Source of the DNA: Podarcis filfolensis
Taxonomy: Eukaryota
Length of the DNA stretch: 64,000 bases
Reading direction: 5' to 3' (one strand)
Assembly (NCBI GenBank): GCA_964270895.1
Contig: OZ185435.1
The notes beneath the pieces are model-generated. The model was not told where the DNA came from. It saw only the letters and a program-made list of their open reading frames with translations, and did not search any database. Below are positions 1 to 11,808 of this stretch, one piece after another; positions within the stretch are counted from its first letter, which is position 1; every line of letters begins with the position of its first letter. The position numbers and the translations under genes were made by a program.

Positions 1-439
1 AGTTGGGCCAGCCTAGGCATAACATAGAAAATCTGATCACAGGTCAGTTAATGGCTTTGATCTTCTTTTTTCTTTTTTAGGCTCAAAGGCAAACTGAATC
101 AGAGTCATGGCACTGGGGAGAAGTGATTCAGCCTTTTATCCCAGTCTTTCCCCCCAATTTAAATTGTCCTCTCCCCCCAATCTGCTATTAGCCACTTGGA
201 GGGGGCGGAGAAGTATAAAATATATATCAGCTTCCCTGCTTCCCATATGTATGTGTGTATAAATCCCCAAAATGGCTAAGCTTAACTTTTGATTTTGCTA
301 GAACATATACTGCCTACTGTATACATCAGAGGTGGTGATGTTTCTTGGGCGGAGGGGACCACATGTCAAGGTAGGTGTGGCTAAATATAGGGTTTGAGCT
401 TTATTTTATTTTTTGCAAAACCTAGGAAAAACCTCAACT

Positions 440-545
440 TGGGTTGCCATACATCCTGATTTTCCCGGACATTTCAGCGATTTCCACCTGGACACTGCTT
501 CTGATGGCCAATTGCCAGCTATGTTCCAGACGTATGGCAACCCCA
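440..545. mobile_element. Degenerate hAT-like MITE (TAGGGTTGCCA-type termini)
   Basis: Begins TGGGTTGCCATAC and ends GTATGGCAACCCCA; same termini as the TSD-flanked copy at 53182-53345. No clear TSD. Confidence 0.6.
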
Positions 546-1103
546 CTAAATACAAGTGGGCAGGGCCAGAGTGAAAATATGGTTGTGAACCATTGTCAAG
601 GACAAATGTGGGGGGGAGGGTTTGCTAGAGACAAAAAATCTTGGCATGACAGAGGGCTACATATGGGAGCAGTCAGTAAAAAGAAATATTATTTTCAATT
701 AAAATTACCTTATTTATTTGATAAATAAGGTTTAACCTAATTTTGAATCTATTTTTCTACACTGCCTTGTGTTGTTTTTACATGACAGGTGGTACAGAAA
801 TAATTTTAACAAATGAATGATGTTTTGCATTACCCTTTGTATTAACTTTAAAAGTGTTCCGTGGGTATATTTTTCTGAGGACAAACTTGTGAAGTCTATC
901 AAGTATGTGACTGACCATCTTCCTGCTGTTGTTTTAGAATTTCTATCAGGAGACCCCCCTCCATGTGGTTAGCGATTGATTCACCACACAGATCTGATGA
1001 TTATATTGCTATAAAAGTTGGGTGTCTCCCCCTCTCTCTGCCTGGCAGTGGCAAGAGCCCATGGGGTTCCAGGCACTCACCCAGGATTTGTGTTCCTTTG
1101 GAG

Positions 1104-1239
1104 CAGGCATAGGCAAACTCAGCCCTCCAGATGTTTTGGGACTACAACTCCCATCATCCCTGACCACTGGTCCTGTTAGCTAGGGACCATGGGAGTTGTA
1201 GTCCCAAAACATCTGGAGGGCCAAGTTTGCCTATGCCTG
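1104..1239. mobile_element. Palindromic hAT-type MITE
   Basis: Near-perfect palindrome CAGGCATAGGCAAACT...AGTTTGCCTATGCCTG with a perfect 8-bp TSD CTTTGGAG (1096-1103 and 1240-1247). Confidence 0.9.
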
Positions 1240-2649
1240 CTTTGGAGAACTGAGACATGACAGAGACTGCCGTAGCTTTAAGAAATACAATTTATTCATC
1301 TATTTACACCTTCAGTCTGTATGGAGGGAGTCCAGATCTTACAGGACAGTCCTTTCAAGAGGGGCTTGTACTCCACAGCAGTGTAGCCCTGGAATCCAAG
1401 TCATCTCCCCCAGCCAGCAAGCAGCCATCCTGCCCAAGATGGACCCCAGTCTTTCTTCCTTGTTCTTCTTACCAGAACACCTTGCTAAAATACTCTGACA
1501 CCTCACACCTAGTTACCCTGGCAAGCTTCCAACCCCCCAGACTCTGTTCATATCTTAGGGCAAGAGGGAAGGACAGTTCTCCTGCACTGCCAATGGTTCT
1601 CAATGGTGCCATATTGTTTCTTAATGGTCCTAGGTTGGCCAGGTCATTTTGCATAGGCTAGCTCAGGAATTCCTCTGCAGCTGGTATTTATCCCTTCTCA
1701 CCCCAAATATCCTGCCATTTATTAATTTTTAGGGTTTAGGGGGGTTCCCCCAAAAAACTAATATAAACATGTGTGTACATGAGTATCTGCATTTCTATTG
1801 CACTGATAAGATGAAAAAAATTGCATGGTTAGCAAAAATATAATGTGAACCCTTCACTTGTCTGGAGCTGCATTTCTGCAACTCTTAAAGGTGAAGCAGC
1901 CCTCCAATTAAAAACCTTACTTGGATTTCAATAGGCAATTGTTAACCTCATCGGTAGAGGAAACAATAGAATCAAATGGCAATGTGCTTCTGTAGCAAGT
2001 GATCAAGTGTTGTTCTTATTGTATTATCTCATTTTCTTTTTTATGCTGAACCAAAACATATGTGAGATGCAGTGATCAGGTCATTTGCTTTTTGCAGGAA
2101 GAGCAATGCCTTGGCCCTCTAATGCAATCAAGAGCTTCTCACACACATTTCTCTGATCCTTTCAAGCTTGCAAATGGCTTAAGCAAAAGGAAAAAAGGAT
2201 TTTGAAGTCTGGAGTCATTAGTACAAGATTCCAATTGTAAATGATTACCAACAGGAGGAAAAGGGTTTTTTTTAAGGCTTTTAAAGTGTAAATTAAGGCA
2301 GCCACTAGTAGTGGAAATGCCACCTGGAGACATTTGTGTGTTTAAAATTAATGGTAACATGTAGGCCTGAAACTGGAAGACCAAAGGATTAACACACTAA
2401 TAAAGAGATTGTAGTAATGATGAAAATAAGAAGGCAAACTGTAAAAACAAGGCAAAACAAAAAATGGTAGGACATGCAAAAGTAATTCCATAGACACACT
2501 GGAATGTTGGCTCAATGTGGTAAATGAGATGAAGGATCACTTCATTAATCCCAAACTAGGCTCTGCAGCAAGTCAATGACAAACCATGGCTACGTGTAGG
2601 CACTGGAAACTGCAGAACACTCAGGACACAGTGCCTTTGTATTGGCAAT

Positions 2650-3003
2650 GTCATCCTAGTGAGTGTCCTATTCTCACAGGGCACCAGAGTGAACAGAGGA
2701 TTTGCCAAGAACAACAACAAGGGGACAGCAAGGGGCAGGTCCCAACAAGGGAGGGGAGGTGGAATTGAGACTGCAAGAGAGACTCAGCTGGCTGGGGACT
2801 GGAGATCTGGATCCCAGGAAGGACCAAATGAGCTGTCAAAAAAAGAGTCCCAGCCTTATGACACCTGACACCCCAGTCCAATGTTTTCAACCATGGAGCC
2901 ACCTCTGATGCTGCCTCCTATCACCAAAGAGCCTTTCCCTTCAAGGAAGGTTGCAGAGAGCAAGTCTGAAGAGACTTTGATTCAGGGATAGGGAACACGT
3001 CAC
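2650..3003. mobile_element. Possible degenerate LTR fragment
   Basis: Starts TGTCA, ends TCACA; purine-rich composition like the LTR at 17805-18468. No TSD found. Confidence 0.25.
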
Positions 3004-3433
3004 ATTCTGGGTGTTGTTGGACTCAGCCCCAGCCAGTAGGGCCAACAATCAGTGATGTTGGGGGTTGTGGTCCAGCAAGATCTGTGAAATCACAGATGCC
3101 CCATCCCTGCTTTAAGTTGAGATGCCAACAATTGTACCAGCAGCAACACAACACATCTGATTTTAACACAGAGCTCTGGATAATCGTGTTCATCTGAATA
3201 CATAGTGAATTCAAGGTGCCAACTGCCATTAGGGCTCCCAATGTGACTATTGCTAATAGTCATGAAGGTGTCTCTTTTGCAACTTCAGTTATCCAAGGTT
3301 TCCTCACTTATGCACTCAAAAGCCCCCACCCAACTCAGCAGCACTCTCAGTTGCATTTTGTAAATCAATGTCTGTTTAGGACGCAGCAAATGAATTGCAC
3401 TTGCTGCTGTGTGTCATATGGTTTGAACTGCAA

Positions 3434-3578
3434 TAGCTCACTCATTACAGCATGAGACTCTTAATTTCAAGGTCATGGGTTCAAGCCCCAGGTTGAGTGA
3501 AAGATTCCTGCATTGCAGGTGGTTGGACTAGACAGTCCTTGTTGTTCCTTCCAACTCTACAATTCTATGATTCTGTGA
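3434..3578 (+). mobile_element. tRNA-head SINE with CR1-type 3' tail
   Basis: TAGCTCA...GGGTTCAAGCCCC (A/B-box-like), then CCTGCATTGCAGG..TTGGACTAGA..TTCCAACTCTACAATTCTATGATTCTGTG (CR1-type ATTCTATG tail). Confidence 0.75.
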
Positions 3579-6500
3579 TAAAGTCTATGGAAAGATATGG
3601 AACACTCCTCAGTAGCGCTTAAAGAATTGACGATCAGAGTACTGAATCTCGAAACTAACACTGATACAGGTACAGATACAATATGGCATTAACGCCAAGT
3701 CCCTAGATTTAAAATGTGACACTTCTGAGCGTCATAGTCTTCTTTAGAAGAAGCATATTACTAAACAGAATGATTGCATCTTGTCTGTTACTAAAACCCA
3801 GTGAAGTACAATATGTCATTTTGCCTTTAACAGTCTTAGCATTCCAAGTGTTACACCTGAGAAGGATGAAATGAGGGCATGGGAAGAGAAAAGAAGATTC
3901 TAGGACCTGGAACCTAAGTTTATAAAGCTATCCGAGAAATATTTACAAGCTAATATCCTTTTGTTAATCATGCTTATTGTTTTCCAACTGTGTATTTAAA
4001 AGTAATCCAGGTCACCTGCAATTCTCAGGGTTTGGCGTTCTGTTTATAAGTCTGCTCTTAATTATTACAAAATTTATTTCTCAATAAATTATATGCTGAT
4101 GGATTTTCAAGTAATGAGTGGGGCTTCTAAATTCACTGGGGGCTTCGCATATAAAACAGCTGGAAAACGGGCTAAACAGAGAACAGCGTAAACATACCAC
4201 AGGGCCCTGAATGTGAGAAAGAGGACATCTGAGAATGTTCCTGTAATAAATATGATGCTAACAGAGAATAATGAGTTTAAGGAAGATTGTTCAAGAGGGT
4301 CTGCTTCCATACTAACTGTAAAACAACACACATTTCTAGTTGTAATGAAACCAGACATTGTTTGCAGCTTTAGCAACATATTTATACCAAGTTTAAATTC
4401 AGTAATATTCAGTAGTGAGTTTAAATTCTATCTTTTTCTGTTCCAGTTATGGTTCATTTACTGTTGTGCCCTGGAGATGTTTGTCTTCTAATTTTTGCCA
4501 TATTTGATAAAGAGATCACATTGTTTTGAATTGCCTTTTATTGCATTTCCATCTGATTTGCTTCTTCCAGTATTTGGTAGTGCATATTTAAATAAAAAAG
4601 GAAAAGAAAATCCCTGAAGGGCTACCAGATGGTGCAACTACTGTCAAGCCAGTTTATACTTAAAGTGTGTAGCAAAGTTTTAAATTAGCATTTTCAAAGA
4701 GGAACAAACATTCTACCACTCTGTGTATGTGTGCATGTGTGTGTGCATGCGCACGGGCAATTCAGATATACACACACATGTGCATGTAATGAATGTACAT
4801 TGTTGCTGTGTGTGCATTGTGTGTTTGCAAACTGCTAACAATGTTGTGTAACCCTTTAAGTTTCACACTTGAAAACTCCCTTACATTTCCTGTTCCACCA
4901 TTCATATATCCTTCATGGGCAGCCTGCTGTTCTCAAGCAGCTCAGTGTGGCTGGATGTCTGCACATGCCCTGAGATGATAGGTCTGGATTTTCTCTGAGC
5001 CAAGATTGCATGACTAATCAGAGGAAGCTATGTATCATATATTCAGGGAAAGTCCCCTAGGTTGCTGCCAACCCTCACAGCACCCCACCATATTGGTGGT
5101 TGTATAGGGGGATTTCCCTACAGTGACCTAAAACTTAGACCTTCACATGGGCCATGACATTTAATGCATGCCTAATTAATCTCCCACAACAAATGCAAAA
5201 ATCTAATGCAGGTGACACCTCTCATCCAGCTATTATCCCTTGAACGTAATGAATTTCCTCTAGTAAGCAAGTTTTGTCCCTATTAATCATCAATCATTTT
5301 ATTTGTATGCCACCTTTCCAAAGTTAAAACCATGCCCAAGTCAGCTTACAACATATTTAAAAAATTGCAAAACTACAAACATAACAAAAGTAGTAATAAA
5401 CAAGAAACAAATCATCGAATTGTACACAACCAAACCACATAAATCAGAAGATCCAAAAGAAAGATCCAAAAAATTAACATAAACAACAGCAGGTCTTCCA
5501 GGACTCACAGCCAAGATTGGTTGTTGTTTTTTGCTAAGACACCCATCACCCTTAGACATTCTGCTGCAGTTATGCAACAAGAAAACTTAAGTGCTATGAC
5601 AAATGACAGTTCACAATCCATCTTCTGTTGTGTGGTATTTACCCACCCAGAATTGCCCTTAACAAAATCACCTTCTATATCAAAGTCCATGCCCATGAGG
5701 AGGGCCCTTCCCTATCTATAACTGGAAACCAGCATTTCTGACATTGGCTGCTCCACCAGAGGCATGTGAACTACCCAACATGTTGTTGGAAGCATCAAAG
5801 GCCATTTAGCTTTATTGGAATATGCTCGTCTATTCTGTCAGTATAAACAGCCCAAATTAACTCTCCCCACAGGGATTTCTAACTGCCACATTGGGATGTA
5901 CAACTAATTTTTCCCCAACCAACTGAGACAACAGTAATAAGTTCTGTACATTTATGTATAACAACAGATGTTCTCAGTCAAAATATGATTTTTAATAGTA
6001 ATTTGGGACAGTTTCATGTGCATCAGTTTGAGTTTCAGTCCACCCCATCCCAGAAGAACAGGGTAATATATTAAAATCACAAAATACGTAGCACTTACTA
6101 TATGGCTTAGGTCTAAGTTACCTTCCTATCCCAATTCCATCATGCCTGCTCCTTAAGAGACCTTATCTAAATTCCAGTTAGGCTGAGAGGGACAAGAGGG
6201 GGTCACATCCATAATACAGACAACTTTGCTCCATATGATATGTTTGCAGGGAGATTAGATGATATTGGCTATTTAATAATCTTTTGGTCTCATTTGTTTG
6301 TGGGGAGGTTAGATGACACCATGTCAAAACAATTGTTATCCCACACTTTACAGTGAATTGCCACCATCCTCTCCTTATCATAAAAAGTCTGAGATTTTGT
6401 GGATGTGGGCTTCTTGCACAAGAAGTCTTAATCATCTATAATTGCGCAATATGCATTTCCCAGCATGGGATTGGATTCCACCTGAAAATAGCAAATGCTG

Positions 6501-7491
6501 CCAACTCAGCTACATCCTAAGTAATTCAAGCCAATCCCCACCCCATGAATTTCAAATTCTCACCCCGCACACTAATTTTCAGAGGAGATGCCTGTTCATC
6601 TCTATTAGAGCTCCTCATCATACATTTACCCTCTATGATATCATTAACTCTAAGCGTCAAAAACATCTCCGTTGTCTTAGCAGGGTGCAGCCTTTCTCCT
6701 GCTCCAAAATGATACACCAGGCTCACATTCTTCCAAAACAGAGATAAAAGGAGACTGAGCATGTCTTCAGGTTTTGAATGGCAATGCCATTTTGAAAGCA
6801 GATCCTCCCCAAGTCATTTAGAAAATCTTCCAAGGCACAGTATTTTGTATGACATCTACAGTCTGACCTATCAAATGACACCCAATATATATTAAAGCAA
6901 ACTGAAATCTCTCAGTGTTCAGATGGTATATTCTGAATAGATGCAAAACCATTCTCAACTATCTACAGGAGTGCACAATGGGTACATGTTTGAATACAAA
7001 TTTCAACAATTGTCTGCCGTACAATAATAACAAAAAAAGAGACACAATAGGAGGACACTTCAGCAAAGTCAATTTGAATGAGATGCCCATTTTTCTTTAA
7101 AGAGGAAAGATGTTACATTAAAGTGGTCATTCATGATGTAGAAGCAGACACAATAGGACTGGGAGGGAAAGTATGTACAGTTATTTTAGGAAAGTGGAAA
7201 GAAATTGTTGCTACATGCGATAAGATAAGCTTATCAATGTTTAGCTTGTCTCTCCACCAATGGGTGCAGTAATCATGATGATAAGACTCTAATCTATAAA
7301 TGGTTTCAGGTGTTCATGGGAAGCCGTGAGAGAAGTGTGGGTTATGCTTCTTCTCATATTTCCAGTAGTATTTATTTATTTGAGTCATTTTTGAGTCACT
7401 TTGAGTAAAATGACGAAGTGACTTACAAACACAGTAAGCAGAGACTTATGGGATATCAGTTAAGTAGCAGGGAACAGCAGAAATAAATGGA

Positions 7492-8030
7492 CTGTTCTTC
7501 AAATGGAGGTATGTAGAAAGTAGACCCACAAGGATGAATATTGGGACCTGTGCTTTTTAACTGGTTACTAAATTAACTAGAGTTAGGGGTGAGCAGTGAG
7601 GTGGCCCAGTTTTTTGAAACTTAATAGTTATTGACGTTTAAAACAAAAAGATGGCAAAGAGCTCCAAAAGAACCTAACCAAACTGAGGAAAGGGTAGTAA
7701 AATGACAGAAGCAACTCAACGATGCATGTCAAGGCAAAAAATAAATGACTGACTAGCAATGAGATATTGGGGTTCTGGTAGTTAGCTCAGTGAAGATGTC
7801 AACTCAGTGTATGACAACTGTGAAAAAGACAAAATCCACGCTAGGGATCATTAGGAAAGGAATGGAAAATTAAACTAATATAATAATACTGTTAATCCTA
7901 TGGTACAACCACATTTGGAATACTGTGTACAGGTCTGGTCGCCTTCCTTTAAAAAATGAAATTGCAGAGAAACAATAAAGGGGCAACCAACATTATAAAG
8001 GGAAGAAGCAACTTCCCTCTGAAAAAGTAG
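7492..8030 (+). mobile_element. Degenerate CR1 LINE reverse-transcriptase fragment
   Basis: Decayed GVPQGSVLGPVLFN-like segment (CCCACAAGGATGAATATTGGGACCTGTGCTTTTTAAC) and downstream CR1-like blocks (GGTACAACCACATTTGGAATACTGTGTACAGGTCTGGTC); many stops and indels. Confidence 0.75.
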
Positions 8031-8049
8031 CTTCATCCCCTTGACAATT

Positions 8050-8192
8050 TCCCAAAGGAAGAGAGAGTGCTCTTGTCCTCAGGTCCAGCTTACAGGATTC
8101 CCAGGGGGAACTGGTTGGTCACTGTGAGACTCAGATGCTGAACTAGTTGGGCCAGTGGCTCAATTCAGGAGGCTCTTCTGCTGTTCTTATGC
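8050..8192 (+). mobile_element. Old LINE/SINE 3' tail ending GTTCTTATG
   Basis: CTGGTTGGTCACTGTGAGA..GATGCTGAACTAG..GGGCCAGTGGC..CTGCTGTTCTTATG; a reverse copy lies at 37585-37725. Confidence 0.5.
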
Positions 8193-9004
8193 AATTTGAA
8201 GCTCTAAGGAAAGTGACCTCTCAAATGGTGAGATTTCAATAAATGGAGCAGCATTCACAATTGCCATCAGCACTTCCCATGTTGTACTTCTGTTCTCTCC
8301 AGCTGCAAGAGGAATCCCAAAGCAGAAATGAAACGCTGTGCTCATGAAATGAGCACTATATCTGTTACAGAAACAAACCCTTCCCTTTTTCGATACAGCT
8401 GGTTTAATTAGTGATAGTTTAGCAGCACTTTAGCATAGCTTTTTTGTGGAAAATTGATTAAATGTATGGTCTTTTTTGGGACAAATTAACAAAAGAATAT
8501 CTCTAGGAATGCGTAATGAGCTTTTTCAGTGCCGTGTTAATCTCAGTTACCAACAAATGCAAAACGGCTGAAGAAAAATTAGGCATTTTGTAGTGTATTG
8601 GGCTTCAACTAATGATGATGATTTGGTGATGTAAAATTAATGTATTTTTAATCAACATATTATTAGAACATCCATTTACATGCAATTATTTTCATGAAGA
8701 TTTAAGTGCAAAGGGAAAAAAATGTTGCTGTGCCCCAGACGCAGAAGTGTGGAAATAGGATCTGTAACAGGGGGAAATAACCTCACAACTGTCACACTTC
8801 CAAGTTCATTTTCTTCAATAAAAGGACAAAAAGAATTAAGAGCCAAGCTATGCTTTTGCGATGGGGATTTCCTGCCTCCGCCTTCCACCCTGCAGCCCAC
8901 TGTGATCACAAAAGCAACTGCTCCTGAGGGTTAGGACACACATACACACATGCACAATGACACAGGATGTGGTTTGGAGGGCTGCATATGGAGATGCATC
9001 AGAA

Positions 9005-9725
9005 ATTGCCTCATACTGAGTCAGATATTGTCTCCATCAAGACTGGCAGCAGCTCTGCAAGGTTTGAGACAAGGCCTCTCCCAGCCCAACCTTCTGCATG
9101 CAAGCAGTGCTTTTTTCCAGTCAGAGTGTGCCAGAACACAGTTTTGGCACCTCTCAGGTGGGTGCCATCATGGGCCGGGGCTCCCCTGCCCGCTTCTTGC
9201 CTTGACATACTTCTGAGACGCCCCAAATTAACATTTCAAGTCAGAGCAGTAGCTGGCCAGCATGTGAGTCCTACACTTTTTTAAAAGATCTATGACTCCA
9301 GCCCACTCCTAGCCACGATTGGCCAAGCTATGGGGCAAGGCCAACTTGTATTTCCTTTTCTTCCATCCTTTTCTCATGTACCAGCAGCAGACTAAGCTTT
9401 CCAGCCAGGCCTCTACCATTGCACACACGCAAGTTTGTGTAAGGACCCTTCTGAGCTGCCCTCGCCATCCGCCTGAATCTAAGAGGGAGATGGCGGGCGC
9501 ATTTATTTGACCTGCACCAGAACCAGGGGGCAACCCCCAAAACTAGCTTGCTGTGGTTTTTAGCACCTCCATGAGTGGTGAACGCAGCCATCGTCAAACC
9601 GGCATCTGTTCAGGGCTGCCCAGAGTCTCCTGATGACTTGCTGTAAGAGCTTTGTGGTGAGTTCTGGCACCTATTTTTCTTGGGGGGAAAGCACTGCATA
9701 GAAGTCACATGCTCCACCACCTAAT
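9005..9725 (-). mobile_element. tRNA-head SINE (TATGTTCC-tail family), interrupted by a hAT MITE
   Basis: GCCTCATACTGAGTCAG..ATTGTCT..GACTGGCAGCAGCTCT..CCTTCTGCATGCAAG matches the reverse complement of the family at 54934-55414; it resumes after 9696. Confidence 0.6.
9105..9696. mobile_element. hAT-type non-autonomous element (CAGTGCTTTT termini)
   Basis: TIRs CAGTGCTTTTTT / GGGAAAGCACTG; degenerate 8-bp TSD CATGCAAG / CATAGAAG (6/8). Confidence 0.7.
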
Positions 9726-9919
9726 CCGTGAGAAGCAGCAGCAGTAGCAGGAGACTCCAAGTGTGAGTTGGTGTGGCTTTCATACGTATAAAAGGCTCTT
9801 TGGATCCTGCCCAGTGAATGCGAAATATCTGGTCCTTTCCTACTCACTCTGCAGCTGGGCACACAACAGCTCTAACACAAAAACAGACTGGGAAAGATTT
9901 CTACATAAAGGGCACATTG

Positions 9920-10015
9920 AAAGAGGAAGGTTGTGGACTACAGCTCCCATCAGCCCCAGTGAAGTTAGCCAGTAGCCGAGGGTGATGGGAAATGTAGTTC
10001 ACAACAATAGGAGGG
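9920..10015. mobile_element. Degenerate palindromic MITE (GGACTACAACTCCCATCA family)
   Basis: GGACTACAGCTCCCATCAG...TGATGGGAAATGTAGTTC inverted arms, as in 1104-1239. Confidence 0.55.
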
Positions 10016-10025
10016 ATCCAAATAT

Positions 10026-10168
10026 TCATAGATCATAGAATCAGAAGGAATCTTGAGGATCATCTAGCCCAACTCCCTGCAACGCAGAAATATGCAGCTA
10101 TCCCTTACGGAGATCGAACCTGCAACCATGGTGTTATCAGCACCACACTCTAGCAGACTGAGCTATCC
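10026..10168 (-). mobile_element. tRNA-head SINE with CR1-type tail
   Basis: Reverse complement reads GGATAGCTCAGTCTGCTAGAGTGTGGTGCTGATAACACC..GCAGGTTCGATCTCC (tRNA-Ile-like head, B box), ending GATTCTATGATCTATG. Confidence 0.85.
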
Positions 10169-10462
10169 CTTGTAACTACTTTCCTGTAAAAATAATTAAA
10201 TCAGCCACTCACCAGGTGGTATTTTGAGGCATTTTAAGATAGGCAATTTTGTCATTTTAGAAGATTTTATTATTGAACTGCTTATAAAAAGAGTAATTAG
10301 ACACCTGGGCAGAAAGTAAAACTGAATCATGCTCCCTGTTTTCATGCTGCTTTGACATGTCTGAAATGAAGGCTCACACATGGCCCCTGTGGGAAGCTCC
10401 CATTTTGAAGAAGCACAAAGATGGGAAGAACAAGCCCTCTCTGCTCAAAATTTCCCTATTCA

Positions 10463-11021
10463 ATTCAATTCAAAATCCTTTATTAGGCATAGCACACCAC
10501 ACATTATCAAACAAACATCATATACAGACTGTATAAAATACGGGCTCAGCGAACACAATTTATCCCAGTCCTATTCCTAACTCCAAAAAATAAAAATATC
10601 AAAACAACAAGGAAAGCCAAGCATACTTGCAGTAATCGAAGCATACATTGGCAGAAATTGTTTAAACTTCTTCCCTCGGCCCCAAATAAATTGACCACAC
10701 GGGGCAGCAAAAAGAAGGGTAAAAAGAGAGAAACAAAGATAGTTACACAGCAACCGGCTAAGGAGGACTCGCCAAGGCTGACTCCAGTAGCAAGTGAGAA
10801 GGCAGAAGTAACAATTCAGTCCCTGGATAACCAACTATTTAACAAACCTGATGCTGCGGAAGTAGAGGCCTCTACCTATGAAGGCAATAAAACACCTAGC
10901 AAATCGAACAGCGGGGAAGAGGAAGCGTTCAGTAGAGATGATACCCCCCTTCAGACCTGGCAAGCCTCCAGTCAGGAAAGAGATTGGAATTTGATCCTAA
11001 ATCCCCAAAAATTGGGGATTT
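10463..11021 (-). mobile_element. 5'-truncated non-LTR retroposon insertion (family unassigned)
   Basis: Perfect 13-bp TSD ATTTCCCTATTCA (10450-10462, 11022-11034); on the minus strand a T-rich 3' UTR, AATAAA and a (TTGAA)n tail. Confidence 0.8.
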
Positions 11022-11621
11022 ATTTCCCTATTCATTAAATGGATTATATTGCTGCATGCCACCCCAATCTCCGAGCGGTGCAAGATTCCAGGGGTTCATC
11101 TTTCCCTTTGGAATGAGGCACAGCAGAGACTGTTGTGTCTTTATGACACATGGTTTATTTATATGCAACCTGAGCCTATGACAGAGGGGTTCACAGCATC
11201 AACAACCCAAAGGGGTATTGTTTCTCCCATAGCCTTGGATTCAAACAGAAATCAGATATGGCTCTGTCGCTATGGCTTTCCAGCCCCCCCCCCTTTGTCT
11301 TTCTATCAGCCAGTTGATGGTGGGGGTCCACCCATTTTGCCTCTGATGCTGAGCCACTTCATTTGTTCCAGTAATGGCTCATTACGTAGGCTATCACCTC
11401 ACCAGGAAGCTAGCCTGGCTATTCCAAGAATTAGAATGGGGGCCAAGCGTTCAGCCTAACAGACACCCACACACTTGAAAACTCATAATTATATTTACTA
11501 TCACTGAGGGTTGCCATGAGGAATTATATTTGTACAGTTCTGTGTGAATATGAAACTCTACACAGACACTACACAAGTCTCTTGTTTTCTCAAATTATAG
11601 CTTAATCCCTCAGGGACATAT

Positions 11622-11808
11622 GGGACTTAGCTACATTAGTCAAAAACCAGCATTTTGAATGCGTTATAAACATGCAACACCAGATGGCGCTGGAGAGCGA
11701 AAAAATTCTATGCGATTTTCCATAGTGTTCCTCCCCCTTTTGTTATAACAGTTTAATTTCTGTCTTATTTATAGTGTCATTGTTTTTTGCCTTTGTGTGG
11801 ATCCACCC
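11622..11808. mobile_element. PIF/Harbinger-like MITE, copy 1 (carries CTCF-like motif)
   Basis: Termini GGGACTTAGCTACA / TGTGGATCCACCC; reverse-orientation homolog of 30363-30546 and 58280-58468. Confidence 0.65.

Noticed and set aside
3434-3500. tRNA-like sequences (also 10100-10168, 22879-22960, 29043-29120)
   Set aside because: They are SINE heads joined to LINE-derived tails; no complete cloverleaf or poly-T terminator, so not tRNA genes.
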